Source: Clostridiales bacterium
GTDB lineage: Bacteria; Bacillota; Clostridia; TANB77; CAG-508
DNA: 64,000 nt
Direction of reading: 5' to 3'
Assembly: GCA_003507395.1 (NCBI GenBank)
Contig: DNVW01000016.1
Location: 12,726 to 76,725, forward strand
How positions within the stretch are numbered: the stretch's first letter is position 1; the number at the start of each line of letters is the position of its first letter. Below the pieces are notes generated by a model, which was not told where the DNA came from, did not search any database, and worked only from the letters and a program-made list of their open reading frames with translations. Made by a program: the position numbers and the translations under genes. This document shows, one piece after another, positions 28,937 to 38,488 of the stretch.

Positions 28937-29599
28937 ATGAGTAACGAAATCGCTAACAACGCATCCTTCATCTTTGCAGGTAAGAAGCCGAAATTCTTAA
29001 ATCTCGTGTACATTTCTTGTGAAGGCGACATTCAGAAACTTCCTGAAGATGTTCGGACTGCAGTTTCGCTGGAACCAGGAGGAGCAATCCGCGTAGAATC
29101 CAGAGAATATGCAAATGGAGAATTGATTCCCCTTCCTGCATACATCGCTTGGGAAAAGGAGGACAAGGACAAAGAAAGATGTCCTCATGGTTGGAATCTT
29201 TGGAACAAGGCGAATGCTTCCGCACAGCTTTCCGAAGGATTCCTCGAAGAAGTTGATGGTAAATTCCGTCAGACGAAGATAGTGCCCCTTAAAGCACAAC
29301 TCTTCACTGGTGAAATTCCCGAAATCTTTCTCGAGATGCCCCGTTTTGATGGGCAGGTAACCGTTGAAAACGGAAATCTGTTTATCAAGACTCCGTGGGG
29401 GATTTCCAATTGTAAAGCTGGTAACGGTTTTGCAATTGTATATGGTTTGGGAAATGACGCTGAAAAGCCTAAATTCTTCGGAATGCTTGATGGGAATATT
29501 CTTACCGTTGGAACAGCTTCGTTTGAAGATTACTACCACGTCACGGAGGATGGCAAGGTGATCGAAACTCTTCGCGAGTATTTTGAGAGCCTGCATTAA
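28937..29599 (+). CDS. Hypothetical protein encoded by a GC-rich (foreign-composition) cassette
   Basis: G+C and codon usage (GGC, CGC, CTG) are strikingly higher than the surroundings. The RBS is aaaggag. A long antisense ORF is typical of GC-rich DNA. No family was recognised. Confidence 0.5.
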   Translation: MSNEIANNASFIFAGKKPKFLNLVYISCEGDIQKLPEDVRTAVSLEPGGAIRVESREYANGELIPLPAYIAWEKEDKDKERCPHGWNLWNKANASAQLSEGFLEEVDGKFRQTKIVPLKAQLFTGEIPEIFLEMPRFDGQVTVENGNLFIKTPWGISNCKAGNGFAIVYGLGNDAEKPKFFGMLDGNILTVGTASFEDYYHVTEDGKVIETLREYFESLH

Positions 29600-29654
29600 A
29601 CCCCCAAATAGTCAACTGTGACTTGAGAAGATAGCTATCAACTCTAAAAACAGC

Positions 29655-29697
29655 CAAGAGCCAAGTCGTATACAAACGCTAGGCTCTTGTTTTATTT
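29655..29697 (+). terminator. Terminator (caagagcc ... ggctcttg followed by a T-run)
   Basis: An 8-bp stem and a T-tract at the end of the GC-rich block. Confidence 0.55.
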
Positions 29698-29746
29698 ATA
29701 TTTTAAGTCAGATTTAAACTTCTTTCAGATATAAAGTTAAATAATA

Positions 29747-29844
29747 TGCCAATAGGGACGGGGAATTTTGGCACAAAAATATTTTAATTTAACAAAAAGC
29801 GAGTGAAAATGAAATTTCACTCGTTCTGGTGCAGATGGACTTAA
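29747..29844. repeat. ~98-bp att-proximal repeat B (attR arm). It has the same two hairpins as repeat A and ends in a tRNA-Leu 3' core copy, tggtgcagatgg (29827-29838).
   Basis: The 12-bp core is identical to tRNA-Leu 3' end 41805-41816. Confidence 0.7.
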
Positions 29845-29894
29845 TAAAACTCCCATCTTTCTTAGTATTTCTCATAGATTTACAGCTTACCGTA

Positions 29895-29946
29895 TTTTTG
29901 GAACTTAGTTCCAAATTATTCTTATTAAATTTTTTAGTTCCAAATT
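29895..29946. repeat. TTTGGAAC / GTTCCAAATT 10-bp repeats (3 copies) just inside attR
   Basis: The same decamer recurs as direct repeats at 41645-41667, at the other end of the element. Confidence 0.45.
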
Positions 29947-29978
29947 TTCAATTTTATATCATATAAAATTCTATATTA

Positions 29979-31427
29979 TTATTTTAATTTTAAATATTCT
30001 TCTTCAAATCTTTCAAAGTTTTCTTCTAATATAGTATTTGTATCTTGCATATACTTTGTGTATTTTTGATTTAATTCCTTTTGTCTTAAATATGAGTAAA
30101 TATATCCATAAGTGTTTATAGTTGTAGTAATGTCTGCATGACCTAGAATTTTTTGTAATACTTCAATAGCAATTCCAGATTCTATACATCTTGTTGCAAA
30201 AGTATGCCTTAGCATATGAGTATGTGTATCACTTGATTTATAATTAACATAGTGTATTCCTTTTTTCTTACTAACTTTTTTATGTTTTAATGTTATAACT
30301 CTAAGTCCTGCATTTTTACATATTATTTTAAATGCTGAATTAACTTGTCCATCAGTATAAAAGTTGCCACTAGGTTTAGAAAATAATACATCATATTTAT
30401 TTTCTTTGTATTGTTCTAATGCTTTTTGTATCACTGGTACTGCTAAAGGTGTAAGATCTATTGTTCTTAATCCATTTTTAGTTTTAGTTATATCTCCAAT
30501 TACAACTTTATTGTTTATATCTTTTGTCAATGTTCTTCTAACATTAATGCTTCCAATATTTCCTACAATATTTATATCACTAGGTCTTAATGCAAGTATT
30601 TCTCCTATTCTCATTCCAGTATATAAAGCAATTAGTAATATTAGCTTATATTTTGATTTATGAGTTTTTAGATATTCTGTTAAAACATATTCTTCTTTTC
30701 TGGTAAAAGCATCAACCTTTTTATCTTCTTTAAAACTCTCTGGCTTTTTAATTCCCTCTCCAATTAAAAATGGATTTTTTTGAATAATACCATTTGCATA
30801 AGCAATAGAAAAAGCATTTTTAATTTTACTATAATATTTGTCTATTGAAGAATTAGATTTTGCTCGTTCACTTTCTAAATATTGTTTTATCTGGTTAGCT
30901 GTAACATTCTGTATTGGAATATTTGCGAATTTATAATTTCCAATTGCTTTTATAGTTTGCATATGCCTATTATAAGTGTTTGGTTTAATTTCCTTGTTTC
31001 TTACTCTTTTGGTTTCGTATGATTCACATATTGAAACAATAGTTGCATCTTTCTCTTTAGTTTTCTCAGTTTTCCCATGAATAGAAACATCTTGGATATA
31101 TTCAAGCATTTTATTTAAGGCTTCTTCTTTTGTTTTTCCATTAAATTGCATCCTATTTGTATCTTTTGTTGTGGATTTTCTGCCATTTGTTAAAAGCTCT
31201 ACTTTGAATTTGGGATAAATATAGAATTTATCGCAATGTTCTTTATCTTTACAATTATTGCAATCTTCACATTCTTTCATTTTGAATAGCTTTTTTCTAT
31301 TAGCACAAAATTCTTTGTGATTACAATTACTACAAGTAGGGCATATTGGTCTATCATTGGCTTTTCTTTTATCTTTAGTAGTATACTCGTGTACAGAATA
31401 GTCTTTGCCTTCAACTAAAGTTTTCAA
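29979..31427 (-). CDS. int: Tyrosine-type site-specific integrase with a Cys-rich N-terminal extension
   Basis: R..HxxR..Y catalytic region ([10 protein letters not shown] ... TINTYGYIY) and multiple CxxC motifs at the N-terminus. Confidence 0.85.
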   Translation of the reverse strand: MKTLVEGKDYSVHEYTTKDKRKANDRPICPTCSNCNHKEFCANRKKLFKMKECEDCNNCKDKEHCDKFYIYPKFKVELLTNGRKSTTKDTNRMQFNGKTKEEALNKMLEYIQDVSIHGKTEKTKEKDATIVSICESYETKRVRNKEIKPNTYNRHMQTIKAIGNYKFANIPIQNVTANQIKQYLESERAKSNSSIDKYYSKIKNAFSIAYANGIIQKNPFLIGEGIKKPESFKEDKKVDAFTRKEEYVLTEYLKTHKSKYKLILLIALYTGMRIGEILALRPSDINIVGNIGSINVRRTLTKDINNKVVIGDITKTKNGLRTIDLTPLAVPVIQKALEQYKENKYDVLFSKPSGNFYTDGQVNSAFKIICKNAGLRVITLKHKKVSKKKGIHYVNYKSSDTHTHMLRHTFATRCIESGIAIEVLQKILGHADITTTINTYGYIYSYLRQKELNQKYTKYMQDTNTILEENFERFEEEYLKLK

Positions 31428-31580
31428 ATTTCTTCCTCCTTTAAAAAATTTAAAGGAATACCTTGTCCGTTTTTCATCTCTTGTGATATAATCATTAAAG
31501 AGATAACGAAAAGATATCCCATCATTTCGGTCTAATCTCTGTTAGAGAATTTAGAAGTTCCTTTTCTAAGTTCTCATTTT

Positions 31581-31796
31581 TTATCTTAATGTTATAGATT
31601 TTGAATAGTCGTGTCTTTCCTTTAGAAATTCTTTAAAAGCATCTGCTTCAATCCACCAACTTCTACCAACTCTTTGAGCAGGGAATTCATTATTGTTAAA
31701 TAATTCTAGTCCTTTCTTTGGACCAATTTTTAACAACTGGCATACATCTTTTAAAGAATATACTTTCATTCCAGCAAGTTCTTGCATAAATATCAC
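31581..31796 (-). CDS. xis: Excisionase-family HTH DNA-binding protein
   Basis: KVYSLKDVCQLLKIGPKKGLELFNNNEFPAQRVGRSWWI matches the excisionase/MerR-like HTH pattern (RxWRI). Confidence 0.55.
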   Translation of the reverse strand: MIFMQELAGMKVYSLKDVCQLLKIGPKKGLELFNNNEFPAQRVGRSWWIEADAFKEFLKERHDYSKSITLR

Positions 31797-31850
31797 TCCT
31801 TTCGCTTTAAAATTTGGTGCAAAAAATACCTCATCACTAAAGATGGGGTA

Positions 31851-32300
31851 TTACCTTACTTGTTCTTTATAAAATCTTTTTACTTTTCTTTTGTATTTTT
31901 TTGGTAAAACATATGAAGTTTTTATTTTATCGTCTAATATTAAATTTCCGTCATTATCTTGTTTATAAACACTTATATTTGATTTTACAAATGCATCAGT
32001 AGAAATTCCAAAAGAATGTCTAGACATTTGCCTTGCATCACTATCTAATAAAGCCTGTAGTTTTTCGTAATCTTCTTTATCAGATTTATCTTTTTTTCTT
32101 TCATAAGTTTCTAAATATTCTTTATTATATTTAGCTTTTCTTAATTTTGCTTCTTGATGTCTTCTTTGCTTTTCTTCTGGATATCTATCATCATTTCTAA
32201 CAACTTTTGAAACATATTCGCTACTCACTTTAAAAAACTCTGCAATATCTTTTTGCTTCATATGCTCTTCAAAATACATTTTTAAGATTTCTTCTACCAT
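31851..32300 (-). CDS. Small HTH-containing protein (sigma-70 region 4-like), hypothetical regulator
   Basis: N-terminal KQKDIAEFFKVSSEYVSKV helix-turn-helix and a basic C-terminus. Confidence 0.35.
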   Translation of the reverse strand: MVEEILKMYFEEHMKQKDIAEFFKVSSEYVSKVVRNDDRYPEEKQRRHQEAKLRKAKYNKEYLETYERKKDKSDKEDYEKLQALLDSDARQMSRHSFGISTDAFVKSNISVYKQDNDGNLILDDKIKTSYVLPKKYKRKVKRFYKEQVR

Positions 32301-32548
32301 TTTTTACCTCCTTTCTTGGTTGATTTTTATACTTGCTAAATTTTAAGCATAATAATCCTATATATATTGTACTTACAAATTTTGCAAAAATTATTGCTTT
32401 TATTTACTTTATGTAGTACAATTTAAGTATGATAAAGTATCTAGCAACAATCTATGTTAATAGCTAAGCACACTAAAATAATAACATAGTAATTTTTGAA
32501 AGTCAACAACTTTTTTAAAATTTTTTAAGAAATTAGGGGGAAATTATA

Positions 32549-33481
32549 ATGATTAAGGAAAAGAATCCCAATTATAAAGGGCTTTGGGCTAAATATAAAA
32601 AATATGAAATTTTAAAAATAAATAATGAATACTATATTAGACCAGATAAAAAAGCTTCTTATGAAATCTATGATGTGTTTGATAAAGAAAAAGAACTTCT
32701 TGTAGATTTTCTTTTAATTGGTAGAGAAGCTATGAATTATGCAGATATAAATGATGCTAATTGTGATTTAATGTCTACAGAAACTAAATATCAAGATATG
32801 ATTTTAGATTTTGTAAATAAATATGGTATGTTTGGAGAACTTACATATAGATTATTAAATACTCACATAATTTCATCTGGTAAAGCACTAACTCAAGGAT
32901 ATTCTAATATTGATGAAGTGTCTGCTAGTACATATATAAAACCATATTTTATTGGTAATGAAGATATACAAAGAATAGATTTCGATCATGGAGTTAATGA
33001 AGATATATTAAAATATGTATATGGCTCTGATAATCCAAATGGAGATTTATTAAATAGCTTTGATAAAGGCGAAGATTTTAGTATTGTATTTTCTAAATGC
33101 TATACTGAAAAAATAGCTAATATTTTAGTAATGGCTAGAGCTTTATATAGAATATTTAATTCAGTAGAAAATAGCTCTTGGACTGAAAATGAAGATAAAA
33201 AAGCAATATATCAAAAATATGCAAATATGTTTAACCCTAACAATGTAGCATTTAATTTTGATTTTGCAGATGAAAAAACATTTTTAAATTGGAATTTCAA
33301 TTCTCTATTCCAAGCTATTGAGCTAATACTTGCTTTTAATGAAACAAATGAAAGAAAAGAAGTTAAAATGTGTAAACATTGTTTTAAACCATTTATTGCA
33401 AAAAATTTAAATAGTGATTATGATACAGCAAGTTGTAGAAATGTAGCAAATGTTTATAGAAGCAGAGCAAAAAATAAATAA
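32549..33481 (+). CDS. Hypothetical Zn-ribbon protein (paralog of 24291-25226)
   Basis: It is homologous throughout to the element A protein. The RBS is aggggg. Confidence 0.45.
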   Translation: MIKEKNPNYKGLWAKYKKYEILKINNEYYIRPDKKASYEIYDVFDKEKELLVDFLLIGREAMNYADINDANCDLMSTETKYQDMILDFVNKYGMFGELTYRLLNTHIISSGKALTQGYSNIDEVSASTYIKPYFIGNEDIQRIDFDHGVNEDILKYVYGSDNPNGDLLNSFDKGEDFSIVFSKCYTEKIANILVMARALYRIFNSVENSSWTENEDKKAIYQKYANMFNPNNVAFNFDFADEKTFLNWNFNSLFQAIELILAFNETNERKEVKMCKHCFKPFIAKNLNSDYDTASCRNVANVYRSRAKNK

Positions 33482-33638
33482 ACTAAAAAAGCAAATAACC
33501 TTTAGACTAAATCTAAAGGTTACTTGAAATCAACTTGACCGTCTTTCAGGTCTAAATGTCTTATTTATTGAGTGTATTTCAACTCATAACAGAATTGCTT
33601 CTGTTAATATTATTATACTCAATTTATTAAAAAAAATC

Positions 33639-33670
33639 AACAAAATGTTAAAAATTTTTAACATTTTGTT
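33639..33670. promoter_or_regulatory. Perfect 32-bp palindrome (aacaaaatgttaaaaa|tttttaacattttgtt) overlapping the -35 region. Candidate operator.
   Basis: Seen directly in the sequence. A tataat lies at 33685-33690. Confidence 0.5.
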
Positions 33671-33719
33671 AAAAAATATGTTAATATAATGCTAATTTAG
33701 CTTTTAGGAGGCATAAACT

Positions 33720-34226
33720 TTGAATATAAATGATGAATTAAACAAACTAAATACAAACCAACAACAAGAATTAGAAAAATGGTTTGCTGAACAAATATTT
33801 AAATTAAATAAAGTAAATAAAAATGAACAACTAAACTATGTGCCATATGTTACTAGAAAACAAGTTGTATGGGTGGATTTTGGAGTAAATGTTGGTCAGG
33901 AATTAAATCATTCACACCCTGCTGTTGTACTTTATTCAAGGCCAAATGTTGGTACAGTTCTTGTTGCTCCACTAACAAGTAAATCCAACACATCTGATGT
34001 TGTTATTGATATTGGAGAAATAGAAAATTTTGAAGGGTTTTCATATTGTAAGATAGACCAATTACGAGCAGTAAGTAAATTAAGAATACAAACTAAAAAG
34101 CATGAAAATAAGTACTATAATAACTACAATAGAGAAACTGGAGAATATTCTAATCCAGAATTATCTACAGAACAAATGAATTTAATAGATAAAGCTATAC
34201 AAGAATTGAAATTTAAATCGAAATAA
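33720..34226 (+). CDS. PemK/MazF-like toxin-fold protein with a ~50-aa N-terminal extension (TTG start)
   Basis: VVWVDFGVNVGQELNHSHPAVVLYSRPNVGTVLVAPLTSK resembles the MazF/PemK core. There is a strong aggagg RBS 8 nt before the TTG. Confidence 0.5.
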   Translation: MNINDELNKLNTNQQQELEKWFAEQIFKLNKVNKNEQLNYVPYVTRKQVVWVDFGVNVGQELNHSHPAVVLYSRPNVGTVLVAPLTSKSNTSDVVIDIGEIENFEGFSYCKIDQLRAVSKLRIQTKKHENKYYNNYNRETGEYSNPELSTEQMNLIDKAIQELKFKSK

Positions 34227-34347
34227 ATAATGGCAAAGTTTTGGCAGAGTAATGGCAGAGCTTTATCTTACTGCTTAGATAAAAAAGCAGTAAGTTTAGC
34301 AGTATGAAATGACAAAGTATAATTCATTAAAGGAAAGGAAGTTTTTA

Positions 34348-34821
34348 ATGGAGAATATAGTAATTAGAAAAGCAATTTTGGAAGATGTTAGCTACATCCA
34401 AAATTTAAATAACGAATTATTTAAATTGGAAAAAGAAAACTATGACACAACTTTAGTTTTGAACTGGGCTTTAACAGAAGAAGGCAAAGATTATTTCGAA
34501 GATTTAATCAAAAATCAATATGTCATAGTCGCAACATTAGAAGATAAAATTATTGGTTATCTAGCAGGTTCAATAAATGAAAAAGGTAGTTATGAAGAAA
34601 TACAATATGGTGAAATTAATAATATGTTTATAAAAGAAGATTACAGACTATATGGCATTGGCAAAAAACTAATAAATAATTTTAAAAATTATTGCAGAAA
34701 TAATAATATCAGCAATTTAAAAGTGGTTGCAAGTTCAAAAAACAAAAATGCAATAGAGTTTTATAGAAAAAATGGATTTGATGATTTTAATTTAACTTTA
34801 ACTATGAATATTGGAGATTAA
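34348..34821 (+). CDS. GNAT-family N-acetyltransferase
   Basis: Acetyl-CoA binding motif (RLYGIGKKLINNF) and GNAT fold length. Confidence 0.7.
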   Translation: MENIVIRKAILEDVSYIQNLNNELFKLEKENYDTTLVLNWALTEEGKDYFEDLIKNQYVIVATLEDKIIGYLAGSINEKGSYEEIQYGEINNMFIKEDYRLYGIGKKLINNFKNYCRNNNISNLKVVASSKNKNAIEFYRKNGFDDFNLTLTMNIGD

Positions 34822-34824
34822 GAT

Positions 34825-35622
34825 ATGGATGGATTTTATGTAGGAGATATAATTGGCAATTCATATACTCACGAAAATGAGAAATATAACTTAAAAACAA
34901 AGGATTTTGAACTATTTACAAATAGAAGTAAATTTTCAGATGATACTATTCTATCTTTTGCAACTATATATTGGCTATTGCATACACATCATGAATCTAC
35001 TGAAATGATAACAGTTTTAAAAAAATTTTACGAAGAATACCCAGATAAAATTCCAACTATCTATGGAGAATCATTTGTAAATTGGATTACAAGTGTAAAA
35101 GATGAATACAGAAAATCGTCTGGAAACGGTGGTGCAATGAGGTCTTCTGTTATCGGATGGTATGCTAAAGATATAGAAGAACTTAAAAAATTAGTATATA
35201 AAGCAATTATGCCTACTCATAACGAAGAAGGAGCAATTAAAGCATCCGAAATCGTTGCCATTTCTATATTTCTATTTAAAAATAATTATACTAAAGATGC
35301 AGTATTGAATTATATTGAAAGTAATTATAATTATGATTTACATGAAAATATAAATTCATATAAAAACTATTACACATATACATCAGATGCAAAAGAAACT
35401 GTAAGACCTGCGTTAATTGCTTTCTTTAACTCGACTGACTATGAAGATAGTATTAGAAATGCGGTATCTTTTGGTGGAGATACAGATACTATTACTACAA
35501 TAAATTCATCAATAGCAGAAGCATATTATAAAGAGATACCTAAAAATATTTTAGAAAAAGCAATAAAATACTTACCAAGAGAATTCATTAATATATTAAA
35601 TGAATTCAAAAAATATATATGA
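34825..35622 (+). CDS. ADP-ribosylglycohydrolase (ARH/DraG family)
   Basis: FSDDT, GNGGAMR and GGDTDT metal-binding motifs. Confidence 0.75.
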   Translation: MDGFYVGDIIGNSYTHENEKYNLKTKDFELFTNRSKFSDDTILSFATIYWLLHTHHESTEMITVLKKFYEEYPDKIPTIYGESFVNWITSVKDEYRKSSGNGGAMRSSVIGWYAKDIEELKKLVYKAIMPTHNEEGAIKASEIVAISIFLFKNNYTKDAVLNYIESNYNYDLHENINSYKNYYTYTSDAKETVRPALIAFFNSTDYEDSIRNAVSFGGDTDTITTINSSIAEAYYKEIPKNILEKAIKYLPREFINILNEFKKYI

Positions 35623-35644
35623 TAAAAAATGTTAAAAGGATTTT

Positions 35645-37051
35645 ATGAATATGGAAGAATTGAAACAAATAATTGATAATAAATGTGTAGAATTTAAAGG
35701 GTTAAAAATATATACTGGATGGTTTTATGATTTTGCAGAGATGCTTTTACAACAAGGGTATACTCAAGAACAAATAAGTAATATATTAGAGCAGATAATG
35801 AGTACTGATTGTATGGAAAATATGAGTGGAAAAGGTATGATGAAGTATTTTGGAAACGTACAACCTGCTATTGATAATGAAAAAGCCTTTTTTGATTATA
35901 TAAAAAGCAAATTAGATATACAAAATCCAGAATACCTTGAAAGTGGATTACAATATGCATCACAAGAAACTAAAAATGTAGGAAATTTTATTGATGCTTT
36001 TATAAAATATGTTGTAATAACCAATTTCGAAGATTTGCAACTTCAATATAAAGACCAAACAACAGAACATTGGGAGCAAATGCTTGTTAGTTGTTGTTTG
36101 GGAAATTTTAGTTTAAGTACTATGCTATGTGAAGCCGAATCAGATAAAATATATTTTGATGAACTTCATACTAGAAAAAATTTAACAGGTACTAGAATTG
36201 GTGCTGTTTTATTTAAAAAATTAATGGAAAAAATACACAATGAATTCCCTGACAGAGATTTATATACATTAAGATTAAAAAAAGATAATGAAGGTGCTAA
36301 AAGATTTTATGAAAGAATGGGTGGAACAGTATATGACTATGGAGATGAATCACAATTTGGTGTAGTCTATAAAAAAGAAGATATGGAAGAATTATTTAAA
36401 AAAGAGGTCGTTCCTCCTACTTTATATCCTACTAAAAAAGAAGAATTTTTAAATAGTTTAAAAGTTAACATTACTAATAAAGAACCAGATCCATTTCCAT
36501 CAGATGAAGATATTATTGAAAAAATGGATATTAATGATAAGTTTTATAGTTTTGACATGGATGATATTGATAAAAAAATAAAGATTCCAAAGCTAGCCAA
36601 AAATGGAGAACAGTTATATTTATATCGTAGAAGTATAAGAAATAGACAATTAGGCTCTAGTAATTCTAGAATAGATTCACAATATTTTATTTTAAATAAT
36701 TCTGGACAAATTGTTGGCAGAGTTCCTGTTTCAGTTTTAGAGCCTTATTCATTAAGTATGGATTATTGGATACGAGATGAATTTCAAGGACAAGGCATTG
36801 GGACTGTGGTTTTAGAAGAAATAGTAAAACAAATTTACGATGGAAAAGAATTCGATGGAATAGACTGTATATCAGCTAAATTTCCAGAAGCAAATAAAAC
36901 ATCAATACAAAATATTAAATTAGAAATATCAGACGATAACGAAGCTAGTATTAAAATTGCTTCAAAAAATGGATTCAAAAAAGCAGGTGAACGATATTAT
37001 TCACTAACTTTAAATAACTTTCTTGAAAGAAATCAAGAAAGAGCCAAATAA
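35645..37051 (+). CDS. Protein with two GNAT-like acetyltransferase domains plus an uncharacterised N-terminal region
   Basis: Two acetyl-CoA motifs are present: LTGTRIGAVLFKKLMEK and FQGQGIGTVVLEEIVKQ. Confidence 0.5.
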   Translation: MNMEELKQIIDNKCVEFKGLKIYTGWFYDFAEMLLQQGYTQEQISNILEQIMSTDCMENMSGKGMMKYFGNVQPAIDNEKAFFDYIKSKLDIQNPEYLESGLQYASQETKNVGNFIDAFIKYVVITNFEDLQLQYKDQTTEHWEQMLVSCCLGNFSLSTMLCEAESDKIYFDELHTRKNLTGTRIGAVLFKKLMEKIHNEFPDRDLYTLRLKKDNEGAKRFYERMGGTVYDYGDESQFGVVYKKEDMEELFKKEVVPPTLYPTKKEEFLNSLKVNITNKEPDPFPSDEDIIEKMDINDKFYSFDMDDIDKKIKIPKLAKNGEQLYLYRRSIRNRQLGSSNSRIDSQYFILNNSGQIVGRVPVSVLEPYSLSMDYWIRDEFQGQGIGTVVLEEIVKQIYDGKEFDGIDCISAKFPEANKTSIQNIKLEISDDNEASIKIASKNGFKKAGERYYSLTLNNFLERNQERAK

Positions 37052-37078
37052 ATAACTGTATTTATTCGGCTCTTTTTC
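37040..37078. terminator. Bidirectional terminator (agagccaaataaata ... tatttattcggctct)
   Basis: A 15-bp stem with one mismatch, followed by a T-run. Confidence 0.6.
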
Positions 37079-37079
37079 T

Positions 37080-37859
37080 CTAATATCCGCCATCAATTGT
37101 AAGAACTTCTCCATTAATATAAGTTGATTCTTCGCTAGATAAAAAATAGATTGTATTGGCTATTTCGCTTGGTGTAGCAAATCTGTTTAGGAATATTTTC
37201 TTATTTTCTTCTTCAATATATTCTTTTGGTAAATCTTTATTCATATCTGTATCTGCCCATCCAATAGCTATAGCATTTACTCTTATATTTGGTTTGAATT
37301 GAAATGCCAAATCCCTTGTTAAACTCTGCAATCCAACCTTGGAAATATTGTAGTCAATAGATTCTGGTGCAATAACCTTTGTTCCATTTGTTGATGATAC
37401 ATTAATAATTGAACTTCCTTTTTTCATATATTTAGAAACTTCTCTAGATACAATAAATGCACCTAAAACATTTACTCTAATTGTATTCTCAAATTCAGAT
37501 ACTGTTGCTTTATAAATATCTCTATCAAAAACTATACCTGCACAATTCACAAGTACATCTATTTTTCCAAATCTATCTATAATCTTTTTTATACCACTTA
37601 TTATTTCTGCTTCGTTTGAAACATCCATTTCTACAATCATTGTCTGAATTCCATATTGCTTTTCAACATATTCTTTTAACTTTTTAGCATCTTCTTCATT
37701 GTTAAATTCAAAATCGCCATCAACAAATTTAAGTTTTGCCTCTTTTTCACTAGATATATAATTTATAACTACATTATAACCTTTTTTTGCAAATTCAATA
37801 ATTGTTGCTCTACCAATTCCTCTTGAACTACCTGTAACTAAAACTACTTTATTTTCCAT
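37080..37859 (-). CDS. Short-chain dehydrogenase/reductase (SDR) family oxidoreductase
   Basis: TGSSRGIG Rossmann motif, the NCAG motif and the YxxxK catalytic site. Confidence 0.8.
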   Translation of the reverse strand: MENKVVLVTGSSRGIGRATIIEFAKKGYNVVINYISSEKEAKLKFVDGDFEFNNEEDAKKLKEYVEKQYGIQTMIVEMDVSNEAEIISGIKKIIDRFGKIDVLVNCAGIVFDRDIYKATVSEFENTIRVNVLGAFIVSREVSKYMKKGSSIINVSSTNGTKVIAPESIDYNISKVGLQSLTRDLAFQFKPNIRVNAIAIGWADTDMNKDLPKEYIEEENKKIFLNRFATPSEIANTIYFLSSEESTYINGEVLTIDGGY

Positions 37860-37882
37860 GTTTTCACTTCTTTCTAATACTT

Positions 37883-38413
37883 CTAATTAATTTTTTTCAT
37901 ATATAATCTTCTTAAAAATCCATTTGATAGTTTTGTTTCCTTTACAAACTCTAGTCCTATTTTTTCCAATGTTTTACAACTTGCTACATTATCAGGATGT
38001 GCCATTGAAATAATATAGTCAAAATTTAATTCTTTTGCAAGATTCATTTCAAGTGTTTGTAATTTAGTAGTAATTCCTAATCCTCTATATTCTGGCAATA
38101 CTAAATTTCCACCTAATTCACATACTTTGTACTCAGTTAAATCAAATTCCTTTTTAAAATCTTCTAACATATCTTGTGAAACATATAATTGTGCCATTCC
38201 TACAAGTTTATTACCATCATAAGCTCCATATAATGGTGCATAGTTTACTTCATCAAACATACTATCTAATTCCCATTGTTCATATGGAATAAAATGATTT
38301 TGGTCTGGTAATCCACTTAATACTATATCTATAAGTTTAAATAACTGCTCTTTGTCTTTTTCTTCAATCTTTTTATATGTTAATTCCATAAAATTGATCT
38401 CCTTTATAATCAA
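37883..38413 (-). CDS. GNAT-family N-acetyltransferase
   Basis: EYRGLGITTKLQTLE acetyl-CoA motif. Confidence 0.7.
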   Translation of the reverse strand: MIIKEINFMELTYKKIEEKDKEQLFKLIDIVLSGLPDQNHFIPYEQWELDSMFDEVNYAPLYGAYDGNKLVGMAQLYVSQDMLEDFKKEFDLTEYKVCELGGNLVLPEYRGLGITTKLQTLEMNLAKELNFDYIISMAHPDNVASCKTLEKIGLEFVKETKLSNGFLRRLYMKKIN

Positions 38414-38488
38414 AATAATTATGACTATATATTACCATTTTTTACTCTTTTTATCAAGTAACTGAGAAATACAATTACTAAAAAAATA

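Larger units (their letters stand above)
23719..29826. mobile_element. Decayed integrative element A (integrase remnant plus cargo), tandem to element B
   Basis: It has an att-like repeat, a truncated integrase homologous to the element B integrase, and a paralog of the element B DUF gene in the same relative position. Confidence 0.5.

Noticed and set aside
28997-29596. 199-aa antisense ORF within the GC-rich cassette
   Set aside because: Long antisense ORFs are expected in GC-rich DNA. The sense ORF has an RBS, a promoter and a terminator in the correct orientation.
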